A stretch of 64,000 nt of DNA from Phoronis australis (GCA_002633005.1 NMRA01000060.1:165472-229471); one strand, 5' to 3'; shown: positions 38,501 to 52,119, counted from the stretch's first letter. Made by a program: numbers and translations. Notes: generated from the sequence alone by a model not told the origin.

Positions 38501-41500
38501 ACACACCTGTAAGTACTCGGTGAGTGCTGACAGCACTTCTGACTTCCGTTGACCGAATTCAATACCAACTGTACAACAAATTTGTCTTAGTCACAACTTT
38601 AAGTTTTGAGAGCCCATTTTGTTTGAGCAGCTCGCACAAATCTTTCTCTCCGAACATCAGAGGATGAAGCACGCCCATTTCTTTCATTATATTTTCACAA
38701 ACTTCTTGTTCCCATGCTTCTCTGTCATTGGCTACATCCTCCTCATCCTCACCGTCCACAAACTGGTGTCTTTTTTTCTGAACTGTGAGTCTTGAAAAAA
38801 AGTTTGAAATTTGTTTTGATGTTCTCCACTCATTTACAATTAAAATTGGCACGGACTTGATGCATGCACTGGTCAGGGTTCAATTTCTGGCCACTCTTCT
38901 CATCATCGTTGTAGATCTTTGTCAAGAACTGTCTAACACCAGCTGTCATTAGTAATCTTTTTTTTGAGGATTTCAGTCCCCAACCCTTTTCCAGGGTGGA
39001 CACACCAAAGACCTCTTTTTCTATTTGAATGCTAGCCTCTGAAACGAACATTTTGAAAACAACATTGAAATTTTCTACCTAACACAGTATTCATGAAGAA
39101 ATTGCATGGAAGATAATTCCATCATATGTCAGACATGATTTTGTATTACGCTGTGATCATTTCTATTTAAAAAAATATTTTAACAGAATGAAAATCAGTA
39201 AAAACTGATTTTCATTCCTAGACTGTTAAAACACAGTGCAGTGCCATTTTTGAAAAGCATCGCATTTGCTTCATATTTTGGGTTGGAACCCGTTGTTTTT
39301 TATATGACAAGTTAGTGTTGCACATTAGATGTAATCGAGTAACACTTCTGTATTTTTATATTTTAATTTCCGTCCAACACACTTTGCCAAAACAAAAAAG
39401 TTGCTCAATACTACTTTCCAAAGCAATGGCAAGTACTCCAGTCAGTGGTCAACACACTAATTTAACTTACGAACTCCCCTGCTTTTATTTATTTTCACAT
39501 ATACACCCTCTTGCTTGGGAATGGGCCCACTCTTGGAGAATGTGATACGCAAGGTTCTTCCAGCGTTGTCAGTTTGATGACTGGGTGTCAGCAGGTAGCT
39601 TTACAACAGAACCTTTCCTAATTTTGTGTGCTTTCCAGCAGCTCACTCCTAAAAACAGGATTTATTGTAATTCAAAAACAAATGATTTTACCTAAAGAGT
39701 GAATGACAGATAAAAACAACTCACTGATGACCAAGTGACACAAAGATTCACCGCCAGTACCCCGAACATAGCCTCAGGATGAGCTAAAAAATTAGGTCAA
39801 AAACAGGTCGCCAATAGACAACTATTTTATCCCCCTATACTACATGTATGTAAAGGCACCAGCTACTAGTATGAACATCCATTCCTTCATTCATTCCTAA
39901 AGTCCACCAATCAATCCCAGTGACAATGGGTCAATATAATTTGGTAGTCATAACATTTTTAGTAACATGACGGTAAATTTAAAAAACAATGAGCACTTTA
40001 TACCACTGGGTAGTGATTCACAGCTTGTGGGTCATTTTTTTCCATTATAACATACCAATTCCCCTAAAGCTTGAGATGACGTGTCCTCACCACAGTTATC
40101 ATTCCGTTGTTTGTAGACCAACCATCTACAACTACCACAAATAGCTGCAATCAAAAAGTAAGTTGCAGTTATAATAACAGACTATTTTTTATCAATTCTT
40201 CTCCATGAAATTCCAAAGAACCATACATAAATCACTAACAGACATTCTACACTTGATGGTGCGACAAAAAACTGTGGTGGTCGACCCTAGGGCCTGTCAC
40301 TTATTGGACATTTACCCCTAATATTTGTCCTTTTGGAAAGATTTCAGAAGCACTGTAACCCAAAATGCAAGAATAAAAAGTTTAACTACCAGTGTTAGGA
40401 TAATGGATTACATAACAATCAGGATATAAGATAGTGACTAACTGCGAGGAAACAGGACAAAAGCTTGCCACACGTTGCACTTTGGAAGCAAAAACTGTAG
40501 AATGAGTGCAGTGCCATGTTAACTCAATCTTTCGGAAGTTGGTCTCATCTCGGTTGGGCAGGAGCATTCACGTATTACAACACAACAGTCACCTAAATTT
40601 GCTGTTTTATACCACTTGGTCACTGTCATCAACAGTCTGTTGTGACTTCTGCATGGTTCTTCAAATGGTCTGGCCTGTATGAAGGCCTCTAATTTACTCG
40701 CCTAGGGACATTAGCTCTTATCATGATTGGTTATGACGCAAGAACAACACCAGGTTCAAGACTCGATCACAGCAGATGACCTTTCTTCACTGCTAACCAA
40801 AGCCATTGTATGTAGGTGAATGAATTGCAAATCACGGCCTGTATACTGACTGTACTGGTATGCCAGTGCATCCAGAAATCACATCTTACCCTCACATGCA
40901 GAGGCAGATCCAGGATTTTGAGTTAGGGAGGGCCAGGGCAGAGTTTTAGCCAGGATTTTGCCCATCAGACAGTCAGACATTCACATCCTCGAACTGCTAA
41001 ATGGAATCTGGGAGAATTTTAGGGGGGTATGGCCCCTTGCCTCCCCTACCCTAAATCCGCCACTAATATTGTGCTGCATGGGTAAATGGATGCACTGTGT
41101 CTGGGACTAAGAGTCTCTGAGGGGTTAGAAGGTATAATTTTGGCCTTGATCCAGCAGGAGAGACCAAATTTGATATGTACCGTAAATTATAGTAGTTCTG
41201 CCTTCTGGTTAAATCAATTTCCAGCCTGAGGCTCAATGAGACATCAAACTAAAAGGTGAATACAGTAGGACAGTGTGCTTGCATGATAATTAAAATCAAC
41301 AAAGATTGTCTCAATTCTGGAGTAACGTTATAAAAGTCATCAATAGCACAGATGTATTCAACAGGTGAGCCGACGCTGAGGCACTGGGTGGGGCGAATGA
41401 GACCAGGAAGATAAACACAAAATTGAAATGATTCGCCACTGGTGGAAAACTTATTTTGCATTGATCAATGGCGAGCAATTGATCCACTTGAACCCGGGTC

Positions 41501-42056
41501 ACCAATGACTACGTCTATGCCACATACGAATCATAATTACAAAATTAGTAATGCTTTACTAGCTTTCACATTCCTCACCTGTGCCTATGGGTAAGATCTC
41601 ATTTCTAAAACTTTTTACAACACTTGCGAACTTCATGGTCAGCGGTCTGCTCGACTTGGATGCAGTTATGCCTCCACCCCTTCGACCACGATGACCTGGA
41701 TAACAACAGTGTTTCTTCGGCCGAAACCTCAAGCCGAAGTCCAAGCGGTGTCGGGGACATACTGTTCAAGCTCGTCTAGTTGCTCAAATCCTCCTCGGTC
41801 CATAAACAACTGCCATTCCTCAATGTCTTCAGACACTTTAATTTGTTTCATATGGCTCGCCGTATTATTTTTGCAGCAACTAACCGGTAACAGGTTTCTT
41901 TGTTCGCCCACTGTTGAGCATTTACAGCTTGACCTTTCTGCAAACGAACAGCTGAAGCCGTCTGCTACAGCCATTTTGATTTGTGCTAATCTCGAACCGA
42001 AAGGCTCTGAGATGAAAGCCGATATAGCTAACCCTTTCGCCCTGTGTCATGCCATT
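35518..42056 (-). mobile_element. Decayed Sola3-like DNA transposon, copy B
   Basis: Same orientation as 11365-17677 and highly similar; LEKGWGLKSSKKR...QISNFFSRL at ~38.5-39.05 kb and the Cys-rich N-terminus at ~41.58-41.97 kb. Truncated by the N at 42057. Confidence 0.65.
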
Positions 42057-45000
42057 NAAAAACACGAAAATTGAACAAAGTTTCTTTTTTGTAGCAACGT
42101 TTGTCAAAATGTATCAACGTTAAATCTTCACAAATTACAAAGTAGCCGATTGAACATGCCTTTCAGTTCAGCAAAAGTCGACATTGCAGGTGCCGCCAGA
42201 AATGAGACGAAGTCCAACGGGAATTGTGAGCGCATTTATCACTTAATGAGTAACAAATGCGAGGCTGAAATTTGGTGAACACTGCTAAATCGTGCAGAAT
42301 AGTAAGTAAAGTTATGTCTAACTAAATGTCACCGTAATTTGTTGGCGAAAACAATTTACACAAAGTTTTAAACTCGTAACTCATTCCGCTGTCCTCCAAT
42401 ATGGCCGACGCGATCCAAACAAAGTGACCCAAATTTCGTCACAAAACTTGCAATAACTTTACAGTGCTTGCCCCAATTTTTACTGAGTAGAATGTACTAT
42501 CTTTCCTATGATAGCAAAGTACTTTTTCAAAACGAGGAAAAAAATAAAACTGAAAAAATAGGTTCGACCTATATTGGTTCCTAGGTTCGACCGGCCTACG
42601 TAAGGAACTAAACACCAATTCTATTTTAACATACTAAGTACGCGTAACATTCCAAAAAAAATCAACGACCACAAACTACAAACTATAAATACACTACATA
42701 TGCAAACGAATCACGATATATTACTAATAAAACAATATAAAGAAGACTTTTCGAGCAAGCCATAGCACATTCAGTTACAAGGAAAAAATGGCGGCGTTCA
42801 GGACAAGTTCCTGAACTGATGCGCCGGAAATGTGGGTACGGAAAAAACCGATGACAACCGGTAATCATACGCTGAGAGAAAAGGGTCAAATACGGTTCAA
42901 AAATCGCTTTTGGCAAGAAAGGCGAAAAGAATGTAAAGAAAGGGTGTCGAAAATAACATTTTATGTAGTAAGTATTTTCGGATACTAGAACCACATGGGC
43001 AGTTTGCAATAAGGACTTTAAACGAGGCTTGAACAGTTGAGTTCGTATACCTAATTCGCGCAAGCATTTTTGGCGCCATCATGTATTTGTTGTTCCGGAT
43101 AAAGTAACAGTCCAGACTGCTCTCAATTCAGTTATTCAAGCGCAGAGACAAGTGTGCAAGACTGGCCTCGAGAGCACTCCGGCATGTTACGTAGAACTAG
43201 AATTTGTCTTCAGGAATTGCTGCAGATAAGACTCACATTGGCACTGCCAGTCAATAGATAACCAATAACTAATGTCCATTGCCATTACTGTGAAATAAAT
43301 GCGGCTACCTTCCTTTATTTTTCAGCGAAATTTGTGTAGCAGTGTTGGCTTTGAGTCCTTCCTTCTCATGATTATGCTTGTAGGTATCAAATTATCCAAC
43401 TTGGTTGCGCTTTCGTATAATTTTCAAGTATAGATACCAACCAACAGAATTTCTGGTTATTTCGTCTCAGCAAAGTCGTCATCGCTATCGCTAGCTCCTG
43501 GTTTTTGTCGCTTTCTTTACAACGAAGATTTCCAACAAAAGCCATGTGCCGCAATGCACCTTTGAAAGTACTTATCTTTAATTCAAGAGCGGATCCAGAA
43601 TTTTGAGTTATGGCGGGCCAGGACAGCGTNGTGGACTTTAAATGCTCCCGTGGTCAGATGTTGGTACCTCGTTCATCTATGCTAAGTGCTCTGGGCTGCC
43701 GGTCTAATAATGCCATGCTTTGTTCGTCTGTCGTTTCGTGTGGACACAATTCACGCTAGTGTAGACTTACGAACTATAATATAATATATGTATGAATGGC
43801 GTCATATTCTTCCACCTTGTCGATATCTCGTTTTTCATACACAAATTTTGTTCATTTCTTTTGTTCTTACCAGAAGCGCGCTAAAGTGGAAGGGCAAAAA
43901 TGCGATCTATAGAACATTCTATACATGCCGCTTATGCAAATTGGTGGCTCACTTTGAACCCCATTATTAAAACATATGTATGGCCAAATCTCCAACCACT
44001 AGGTGGGGCTCCGGCTGATATGCGTCTCGACAACGTTTACATCCTTATGGTCAATTAACACAAATGACGTCCTCCCCCATTCAAATTTCACTGCATTCTT
44101 TGGGTTCATTTAGATCTCTCTGATAAGAGGTGGGGTACACGAGTCAAGTCGCCCCATTGTGTTTTTACACAATAGAGGTTGAGAGAGTAATTGCAGTGGG
44201 CGTGAACTCTCTTCTTCGGTTGTATTTAACCGAATTTTGCCTTTCAGACAATGACAAAGTTCAATATTCAATGACGAATTTAGTTTTTATAGTCCACAGT
44301 GTCTGAAATGGGCGGGAAAGAATGCTGTCACGAACAGGCAACGTTTATCATTGACACCTATCTCAGTCCCCTAAATCCCCAAACAAAAGACATCAGTCAT
44401 GAAAGTCCTGGTGCAGTGGTAAGTGACTATTGTAATCCCAAACATTCGTAGTTGCCGGTTGGAAATGCGATGTAGGGCCAAATGAATATGCTTCGTTTCA
44501 CTAGTTTTCTTTATAAATACACCGGCCTTGACTAGGGAATCGCCGTCAGTGTAGAATACGTGCTGGTCGGTGTAGCCAACAACTGTATTGTTTTTGTTGA
44601 TTAAATTTTACGAGATAAAAAGTAGGCGTGGCCAAAGTAGGGACATTTCAGACTATTGAAACCGGTTTCGTGTAGCACAAAAGATGTCGAGGAAATTCAA
44701 TTTGTCAACAAGATTTTAAGTGGACGCATGAGCTCATAAATAAGGATGTAAGTATTAAATGTTTGAAATCAAAATATATTTTTGAAATTTTCGTAGTAGT
44801 TAAACAGGTCTTCGTTCGACAGTTACAACTTTTTTCCACTTTCTCTCCCTATAGAAACGGACTTTGAGTGGGAAATCATTAGAAAATTTCACCACTTCAT
44901 TGTTGTTTAATTAACGCTATTGGAATGATCAGTCGAGTGTCGTTTATAAAAAGTAAACGTGTAGCTCGAACGTTTCATTGAAGTAACAACTCCCAACAAC

Positions 45001-45680
45001 GTTAGTAGATATCAAGGGGAGATAACTTTCCCCCGCTCTACTACAGCCGATTACATGAACGTTGGTATCGCAGTAACTTAGCAGACATCGTCCTCCCGCG
45101 TACTGCAACATTAAATCGCAGTGCTGTACGTCAGTAGGTTACTTGCCTCACAGGTGAACATTGCTGTTATGCTAGTTACAAATTCACACGAAAATAAGTT
45201 CTCAATTTGCCATTCTGTCGCATAGTAATTTACAATACTGTCATTTACATTTAATTTGAAAAGCTAAGTAGTGCGAGATAAACCGTTCATCACTCGAACG
45301 TCTTAGCTCAAACGTAATTTATATGTCCCACCTACGGAAACTAGAAAAATCCTACAATGCGTAACCCCAACCAAGCTGTGGTGTTTGTGAAACATAACCC
45401 TGGTAAAGGTGACCATTTCTTGGACTTACCTAGGCAAAACGTAGCCCCTCGGCCTTGGCCGGTTAAGGGCTATAATACTTCCCATCTCTTTCTGTACGAA
45501 TTTCGTCCCGTGTATGTTAAACGGGCGGTAGGCCAAATCCGGTCACCGATTGAGTTTTCACTTCGTCAAAAACACATTCTACACTCAAAACTATGACTTA
45601 AAAAAGCGCTTAATAGTACTTTATTCAGTGTTCCTTTCTACTTCTACACATGTCGTTGGTGAAGTATAGCTACGACAATT

Positions 45681-46158
45681 AGGGTAACTTTGGCGAAGAA
45701 TTCCAACTCCACTTTTTGGTCATCGTTAACTTTTTCTCCACGCGCGCGATAACCTCAAAGTATTTCAACTGAGTTACTTGAGTAAGGGAAAGGATAGCGC
45801 GAGACTGAGCGAAGCACGTGACGCTAGCCGCCGTGACATTTGCAAAATAGCATGGGAAGGTATCAGGTGAATTTGCAAGATTTGTGTTCTTTGGACTTTT
45901 TATTCGTCAAGATGCATGATTTCACATAACCTCTTCAAAATGGCATCCGGTTAGAGAAACTCGAGCAAACCGCGACAGATTTGCATCGATTTGTTCAAAT
46001 TATCTTGACTTATTCATCTCCAGACTTATAGTGTGTGTTAATTATTTTTCCATGTGCATATATGCATGTTTCATTTGATTTTATTTCCTGTATTTTGAAA
46101 TTCGTAACTTTTTGTGGGGATGTACTATCGCCCCTGTATGCCTGCAGCATCCAGTCCA
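45681..46158. repeat. Inverted copy of the repeat at 30481-30940
   Basis: Blockwise reverse-complement similarity, seen directly in the sequence. Confidence 0.8.
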
Positions 46159-46290
46159 GGGCGATGTAATTTGCTTAGGACATTCCCTACAAAGGATCGT
46201 TCTTCCTAAAGTCAACTCTGTAAGTCGGTGGGTATCAAAATTCACCCGCTGCAAACCCCTCGACAAAAATATAGCCGAGTACTCTCCAGA

Positions 46291-46530
46291 GGGGGTCCGT
46301 TCCAAGAAACTGACTTTAATTTATTTTTTTTTACTTAAGTCTATGGTTTTTCCAATCTTCCAAACTTTGAAACTTTCGCATTCGGTAGGATAGCCAATTT
46401 TAAGAGAAAACTTAGACAAGCTTAAAATTTCTTTTTTGAAACGGACTTGAAACAGATTTAAGTTTTATCTTAAAATTGATTGAAATTTATGATTTGTCTT
46501 AGCTAAGTCAGTTTTCTTGGAGCGGGTCCC
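46291..46530. mobile_element. Short MITE with Harbinger-like TIR
   Basis: GGGGGTCCGTTCCAAGAAACTGACTT versus AAGTCAGTTTTCTTGGAGCGGGTCCC; internal TTAAG/CTTAA subrepeats. Confidence 0.55.
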
Positions 46531-46760
46531 TGGATTCGTTGTTTTTTGCCACATGTTTATCTCTTCACGGTCCAATTATGAAGTTCACGAAGGCATAAAA
46601 TCTGGGCTGTTCCGTCATGCGGACTTCTAAACTAACTTTTGACCGGGCCACCGTGCCTATGGCTTCAAACACTGTCCAAACGAATGTTTAATCTGGTCAA
46701 GCCTCATCAGTCATCAGGTTTCGATTAACTTCCGTCTGGTACTGTGGCACCGTGGTGAGG

Positions 46761-46811
46761 CAACATTCACATAGACCATTGGTCAACATTCACATAGACC
46801 ATTGGTCAACA
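46761..46811. repeat. 23-bp tandem duplication
   Basis: CAACATTCACATAGACCATTGGT twice, plus a partial third copy. Confidence 0.85.
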
Positions 46812-46924
46812 TGCACAAGCATGTGCAGATGGCTCAGATTTTCACAAATTTAAACAGTCTGAAAAGTTATCAGGAACCCGTGCTTCCAAGGAGGGTTAGA
46901 GGTTCATGAGTAGAACACAGTTAT

Positions 46925-47052
46925 TTGCAGGCAGTAGTTAGCGCGCAAAAGTAATAATATTGACCATTACAGGCAGTAGCAGAGGCGCAAAAGTCATAGT
47001 ATTTACCATTGCAGGCAATAGTTGAGGCGGAAAAGTCATAGTATTGACCATT
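46925..47052. repeat. Minisatellite, three ~42-bp units
   Basis: CAGGCAGTAG....GCGCAAAAGTCATAGTATTGACCATT repeated three times with divergence. Confidence 0.8.
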
Positions 47053-47838
47053 ATTAGTAGAAGATAATAACGTTGTTGTTAAAATGTCATCAAATTATTT
47101 GTTTAGTAGAAACTTATCCCCACATAACGTTCTTTCAATCTGAAATGTATAACTTTCACAACATCTAAAATTTAATATAAAGTTTACGTTCGACTATTGG
47201 ATTCCTGGTGGTGCCCGACAAAATCGCCAGCGAAGTTAAATATCAACGTGCCTCACGAAGTAAGATAATTTGACAGAGAAAAACGAAAATACCAGCAGAT
47301 TTTTACCCGTTTCGGTAACAAGGAATTTCTGTTGATTGATGAATATAGGTCTTACTTGATATTTGTGAAAACAAAGTAAAGAAAATTTCCAGTGATAGTC
47401 GTCTCTGCTGATGAAGTTAAAAATGTATCCCTAATAGAAAAGTTATTTTACAATAGGTAAACCAACGGTGAAGTGAAGGCTATTCGTTTGTAACTTTAGC
47501 GTGACTTTCTTGATAAAAGTGAGATTTTTATTACTTTCATAGGTACGCCTGTATTGACATCCTTCCTGATATATCATCCTGAATGCGATCAACCCACTCA
47601 TCATTGACTCCTAATGTACCTGTACCACGTGCTTCTACTACTATTGCTACTACTACTAATAGTTATAATTATAATGATGATGATGATAATAATAATAAAC
47701 TAATAGGCTTCCTACTCCTGTATACAAATCTCATTCTTTCGAAGAATCGAATGCTGCTAGGTTGAACATTTAGTGTACAGATTTTCAATTGCTATACTAG
47801 CTAGAATGTTTTACTAGACTGCACGATGTCGTCGAATC

Positions 47839-49587
47839 CTATTCACCGTCAGGATAGCCCTGAGTTGGTCCCCCTTTCCTATAATCTGAGCATGCTTCTA
47901 TTGAGTCGGGTTGCACAAAAATGGTTTGTACCACCGGGGAACCTGTGAAAGCAGTCAGGTTGTGACCTTTGCCTATTAAATCGTCGATGATTTCTTGATC
48001 AAAACCTTTCTCACATGACAGATAATTGGGGTATAGCTGGTGATGAAGCCTTTTCGCGTCAGTTGCATCGCTAATGTTTTCTCCAAACCACAACATACGT
48101 GCGACTACCTGAGCGATAGCGGTAATGATTTTTATACCACCAGAGGCGCCCACGACGAGTTTGACGTCGTCATTTTTGTCAACTAGTATCGAGGGGCACA
48201 TGGAAGAAAGCGGTCGTTTACCAGGCCTGACTGTGTTTCTGGGAAAAGACACGCCAGACGTTTCCAAGGAAAAGTCTCCCATTTCATCGTTGAATAGAAT
48301 TCCTGTCTTTCTTCCAACCATACCAGAACCGAAGAAATAATTAATCGTTCCGGTAATAGAGACGGCGCTGCCATCTGGTGCCAATATAGATGCGTGCGAT
48401 GTCCCCGCTTTCTCCTCTTCGTCATCACCATAGTTACCGTAAATAATGGCTGGACGTGTACCATTGTCCCATATTTGTACCCTAGTTTTTTCACCAAAAT
48501 CCTGCGAGGTTAATTTACGTACAAGTTCTGCAAATTCCGGTGTATCATCATCGCCAAAGGAACGCCGTTGTCCATAAGCGAACTTGAATGCTTCAATAAT
48601 GCGATGAAATGTTGTCACGGGATCGTGTTCCATGCTTTTCGAATCGAAATGATATCCTTTCAGAATATTTAGTATGTAGAGTAGAATAGCGCCACTAGAG
48701 GGTGGAGGGGTAGATAGCAATATACCTTCATCAACTTGCATGGAAAGTGTTTCCTTCACAACTGTTGTATAATTGCCTAAATCTGCCAGTGTGACTATTC
48801 CGTTATGTTCTTGAATGTCGTCAACAATATCTTTAGCTAGGCTTCCATTGTAAAAAGCGTTGGCCCCCTCATTAGCTATGATCTCCAGCGTTCTGGCTAG
48901 ACGTGGTCGATACATTACATCTCCTGTGTTGTACAGCTTTCCCGTTTCCGGATTTGTAAATAGTTCCTTCAGACTGTTGAAGTTTTCAACATGTTCTTTC
49001 TTTTTGATTAACCATCCCCCCGTGGCAGCCCCTAGTTTGAAACCTTTTCGACAAAGCTGTATAGTCGGCTCAAATAAGTCTCTCCATGGCAATCTACCGT
49101 GGTTTTTGTGAGCCACCCAAAATCCGTGAATCTCACCTGGAACAGCAATGGATAAACCGCCGAATAACTTCCGCCTGACATCACCGCCATACAAGCTAGC
49201 TGAGGCCAGTTCTGGTGCAACTTCCCGGAAATCATAGAACCAACTTTTCTGGCTAGGTCTGTCGTAGACGACCATGAAATCCCCACCGCCGATACCAGTA
49301 CTATGTGTGTTCATTACACCAGCACAGATCATGGTGGCGATTGCGGCGTCGACAGCGGAACCATTTCTGTCAAACATAATGGTCTTTCCTATTGTGGAGC
49401 ACCGCCCGTCGTCCGACGCTACCGCTCCGCGTTTGTAAGTGCCAACGATGGACTGCTCCTTTGATTTCGATACATCATTAATTATACTCCCATTTCTCTT
49501 AATGCCAAACCAAACACCTAATACAACTGCAACGATGACTAAGATAGTAACAGCGAGTAAAACTGCTATGGTCGCCCGCTTCTTCAT
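47839..49587 (-). CDS. GGT1: Gamma-glutamyltransferase / glutathione hydrolase 1-like, type II membrane protein, intronless
   Basis: Uninterrupted ORF. MKKR plus a hydrophobic anchor (ATG at 49587 with A at -3; alternative ATG at 49653), GSAVDAAIA, GIGGG, DFREVAP, IAVPGE, catalytic GTSH, NDEMGDF, PGKRPLSSM, GASGG and SDYRKGG are all intact. The symbol denotes the family, not proven orthology. Confidence 0.93.
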   Translation of the reverse strand: MKKRATIAVLLAVTILVIVAVVLGVWFGIKRNGSIINDVSKSKEQSIVGTYKRGAVASDDGRCSTIGKTIMFDRNGSAVDAAIATMICAGVMNTHSTGIGGGDFMVVYDRPSQKSWFYDFREVAPELASASLYGGDVRRKLFGGLSIAVPGEIHGFWVAHKNHGRLPWRDLFEPTIQLCRKGFKLGAATGGWLIKKKEHVENFNSLKELFTNPETGKLYNTGDVMYRPRLARTLEIIANEGANAFYNGSLAKDIVDDIQEHNGIVTLADLGNYTTVVKETLSMQVDEGILLSTPPPSSGAILLYILNILKGYHFDSKSMEHDPVTTFHRIIEAFKFAYGQRRSFGDDDTPEFAELVRKLTSQDFGEKTRVQIWDNGTRPAIIYGNYGDDEEEKAGTSHASILAPDGSAVSITGTINYFFGSGMVGRKTGILFNDEMGDFSLETSGVSFPRNTVRPGKRPLSSMCPSILVDKNDDVKLVVGASGGIKIITAIAQVVARMLWFGENISDATDAKRLHHQLYPNYLSCEKGFDQEIIDDLIGKGHNLTAFTGSPVVQTIFVQPDSIEACSDYRKGGPTQGYPDGE

Positions 49588-52119
49588 AGTTGTGCTGCTC
49601 GAACGAAGTGTCCTACTCCAACACTGATCTCGGTCGTGAGGGGCCGACCACATGTACAAGCACGGGTGACTCGTTTGCGTTCCCAGAATAAACACGCCCC
49701 AGTCTTTCACAATCTTAATGACTACCGTTGTCGGTTTATAATGACTCGGCAGGAACAAACTCTCGTGCAGGGTTAGAGTTGATACTACTTAAACAATGCA
49801 TTGCGACAGGAGACAGATGATTTTAGCAGCGTTTACCCACGTGTTAACTATTTGATATCATAATGAACGATTAGCTGACAATTATTTTCCCCGGATATCC
49901 ATTTGCTTTGTTTTGTTTTTTTTCTATCCCTTTAGAACATTAGGCTGACGGTTCAGTTAATTAGTACTTGTATTTTGTCAACGACCTTTAATCATTGCTG
50001 AAAAGGTTATGAAATAGTGTGAATTGTTTTTAGAAAAGATAAGACACGTTTTGGTTAATAAACGCTCTCGTCTGCTCGATTTAGTCGTGTTCAAGTGCCA
50101 AGTACTGCATTCTCAAAAATTTCAAATGTTAAGATGAAGTTGCTTTCCATCGAGCTGATCTAAGCCTTTCCACATTTATCGTCGTGGTTATACACTGGAC
50201 GGTTTCGATTTTCTACCTAAACGCTGACTGAAGTAAGGGCAGTCGGACTTTTCACTGAAATGGACGGACCACGACTATATCTTATTTACGAATTGGTGAT
50301 GTCTGGTCGAGGATAATGTAAGCCCTATGTCACTAATGACAGATTAAGTTAACTGTATCGTGCCTGTGTTTAGTGTCCAACTCCACGCTAGCTTTCTTCA
50401 AATGACGGGGAGCGACGGCATTTTGTCTGGCCCTGATTCGGAGAATTTCTGAGGCATGGTCCCGCCTTAACTGTTTCCTGAAGTGAAACTCCGGGATTTT
50501 GTTTCTAAGCATTAGGACCCGCCAGGCTTCTGAATAAATTCACAAGCATTTTTTTTTCTTAAAGCTACTAACTTTAAGATGGCCTTGTAACCTTTGATCA
50601 AGCCAATAGCTTCAGTTTGTCTTAAAATAAAATAGCTATTTAGTATATTGGACATTGTCTGATGTCGGGTGTTATAATTGTTTCAAACATACACAAATCA
50701 ACCCCGGAACGCGTCGGAGCCCGGAGGTAAGGAGGCATGGAATTCCAAGAGTGCCAGTGGTTAGCGCGTTCGGATTTTACACGTTAGCGCGTTAGGTCAA
50801 CGCGTAAACTAAAGACACTTTCGATCCCGGAGCCAACGAACAAAGTTCACATTCAAAATGTGGGGACGTCACGGATTCCGAAGACGGGCCGATTATGTAG
50901 ACTTGCACACCTCCTCAGTAAATACGGCCACTTGACCAGTTCGTGTATGGTGAACTTCACTCAGACTGCGTCAGAAGCTCTGGAATCCATTACTGCCGCT
51001 GTTCTGCTGACATGTTGTTACGTAGTTGTAATGCAATGAGAAGAAATGTGTACCTAACATGCAGTGATGTGGCGAGACGATGGTGTCCGAGATAAAGCAC
51101 CGCATAAGACAAAAAGCCTGCTTTCAACCTGTTTACTATTTCCTTTTGGACCAATTTTAAAAATCTGACGCTGCATAGAAAAATAGCCAACTAACGAAGA
51201 AACAAACTCAGAATTCATTATTATAAGGTCAGTTTATACGTGTATGTAAGTTCACTATTATTTAATTTGTCAGGTCATTGGATTTTGAATTTAGGGGTTG
51301 AGTTGGACCCCCTGGCATGCATAAATAACAACGAACAAGAAACAGCTTGTAGAATAGAATCTCAGTCCGATATGAAGTCGATAGTTTGGAACCGGATCAT
51401 TGCAAACTACCGGAAATCTAACGAAGTCAAGACAAGAGACATACTGCACACATCTACTGAGGTGATTAACGTGTTGTTTATTGACACAGTCCTCGATTAA
51501 TGCGGAAACGGGACAAGCGACATGATTGGAATTCCCGGCGGAAAGGAGGAAATGCACGCAAACATGTAGAGATGGAGGATGTGCTCTTTTATCACTGACC
51601 TGTTCAAATAAAAATTTCATGAAAACAGTTTAATCAAAAGGGTTTCCCAGTGTTTCTTTTTCAACAACACACTGTTTCCATTTGAAATAAACAGAACTTG
51701 ATAAAGAATTACTGAATATAATCTACAATTTTATAGTGAAATTAATTAAATGCCTGACATCGATTCGTGAGAACGGTAGTGGAAACACAAGAACATACGG
51801 AGTTATGAAATGTTCATATTTAAGAGATAAGACCCCATTTCTGGTGTAAATAGGGGAAAGAATACTTTTGAGATTGTAACAGTTTTCAATTAAATTTAAA
51901 TACCAGAAATGGCTAATCGAGGGACACCGGAGATTGTCGAAATTAAGCGAATCCATTTCAACTCTGCCGTGTTTATAGGCACTGTATCGGTTCAGTCAAA
52001 TCGTTATAGGAATATATAAAATTCTATTCCAGTGGCACATTGTGATCAAACCGTCGTTTACTTTTTAGTTACCAATTTTTATGTAAAGTTAATTCGTGTA
52101 TCTTTTTCTGTTTTTACAG

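Noticed and set aside
35518-42056. Uncollapsed haplotype duplicate of 11365-17677
   Set aside because: The left flanks are unrelated and the shared block carries transposase-like remnants, which favours two element copies; not fully excluded because copy B ends at an N.
46925-47052. CRISPR-like array
   Set aside because: Units are contiguous tandem repeats without unique spacers, there are no cas genes, and the context is eukaryotic.
47839-49587. Bacterial origin or contamination suggested by the lack of introns
   Set aside because: The uncleaved type II anchor and motif wording are animal GGT1-like, and the flanks are continuous with animal repeats and exons.
49588-49758. N-terminal extension of the GGT ORF in the ORF track
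   Set aside because: It starts at TTG, which is not a normal eukaryotic start; the ATG at 49587 (or 49653) directly precedes the basic residues and membrane anchor.
50745-50835. tRNA gene (CCAGTGGTTAGCGCG ... TTCGATCCC); similar weak case at ~44410-44480
   Set aside because: A/B-box-like words are present but no cloverleaf can be formed; at most these are decayed SINE heads.
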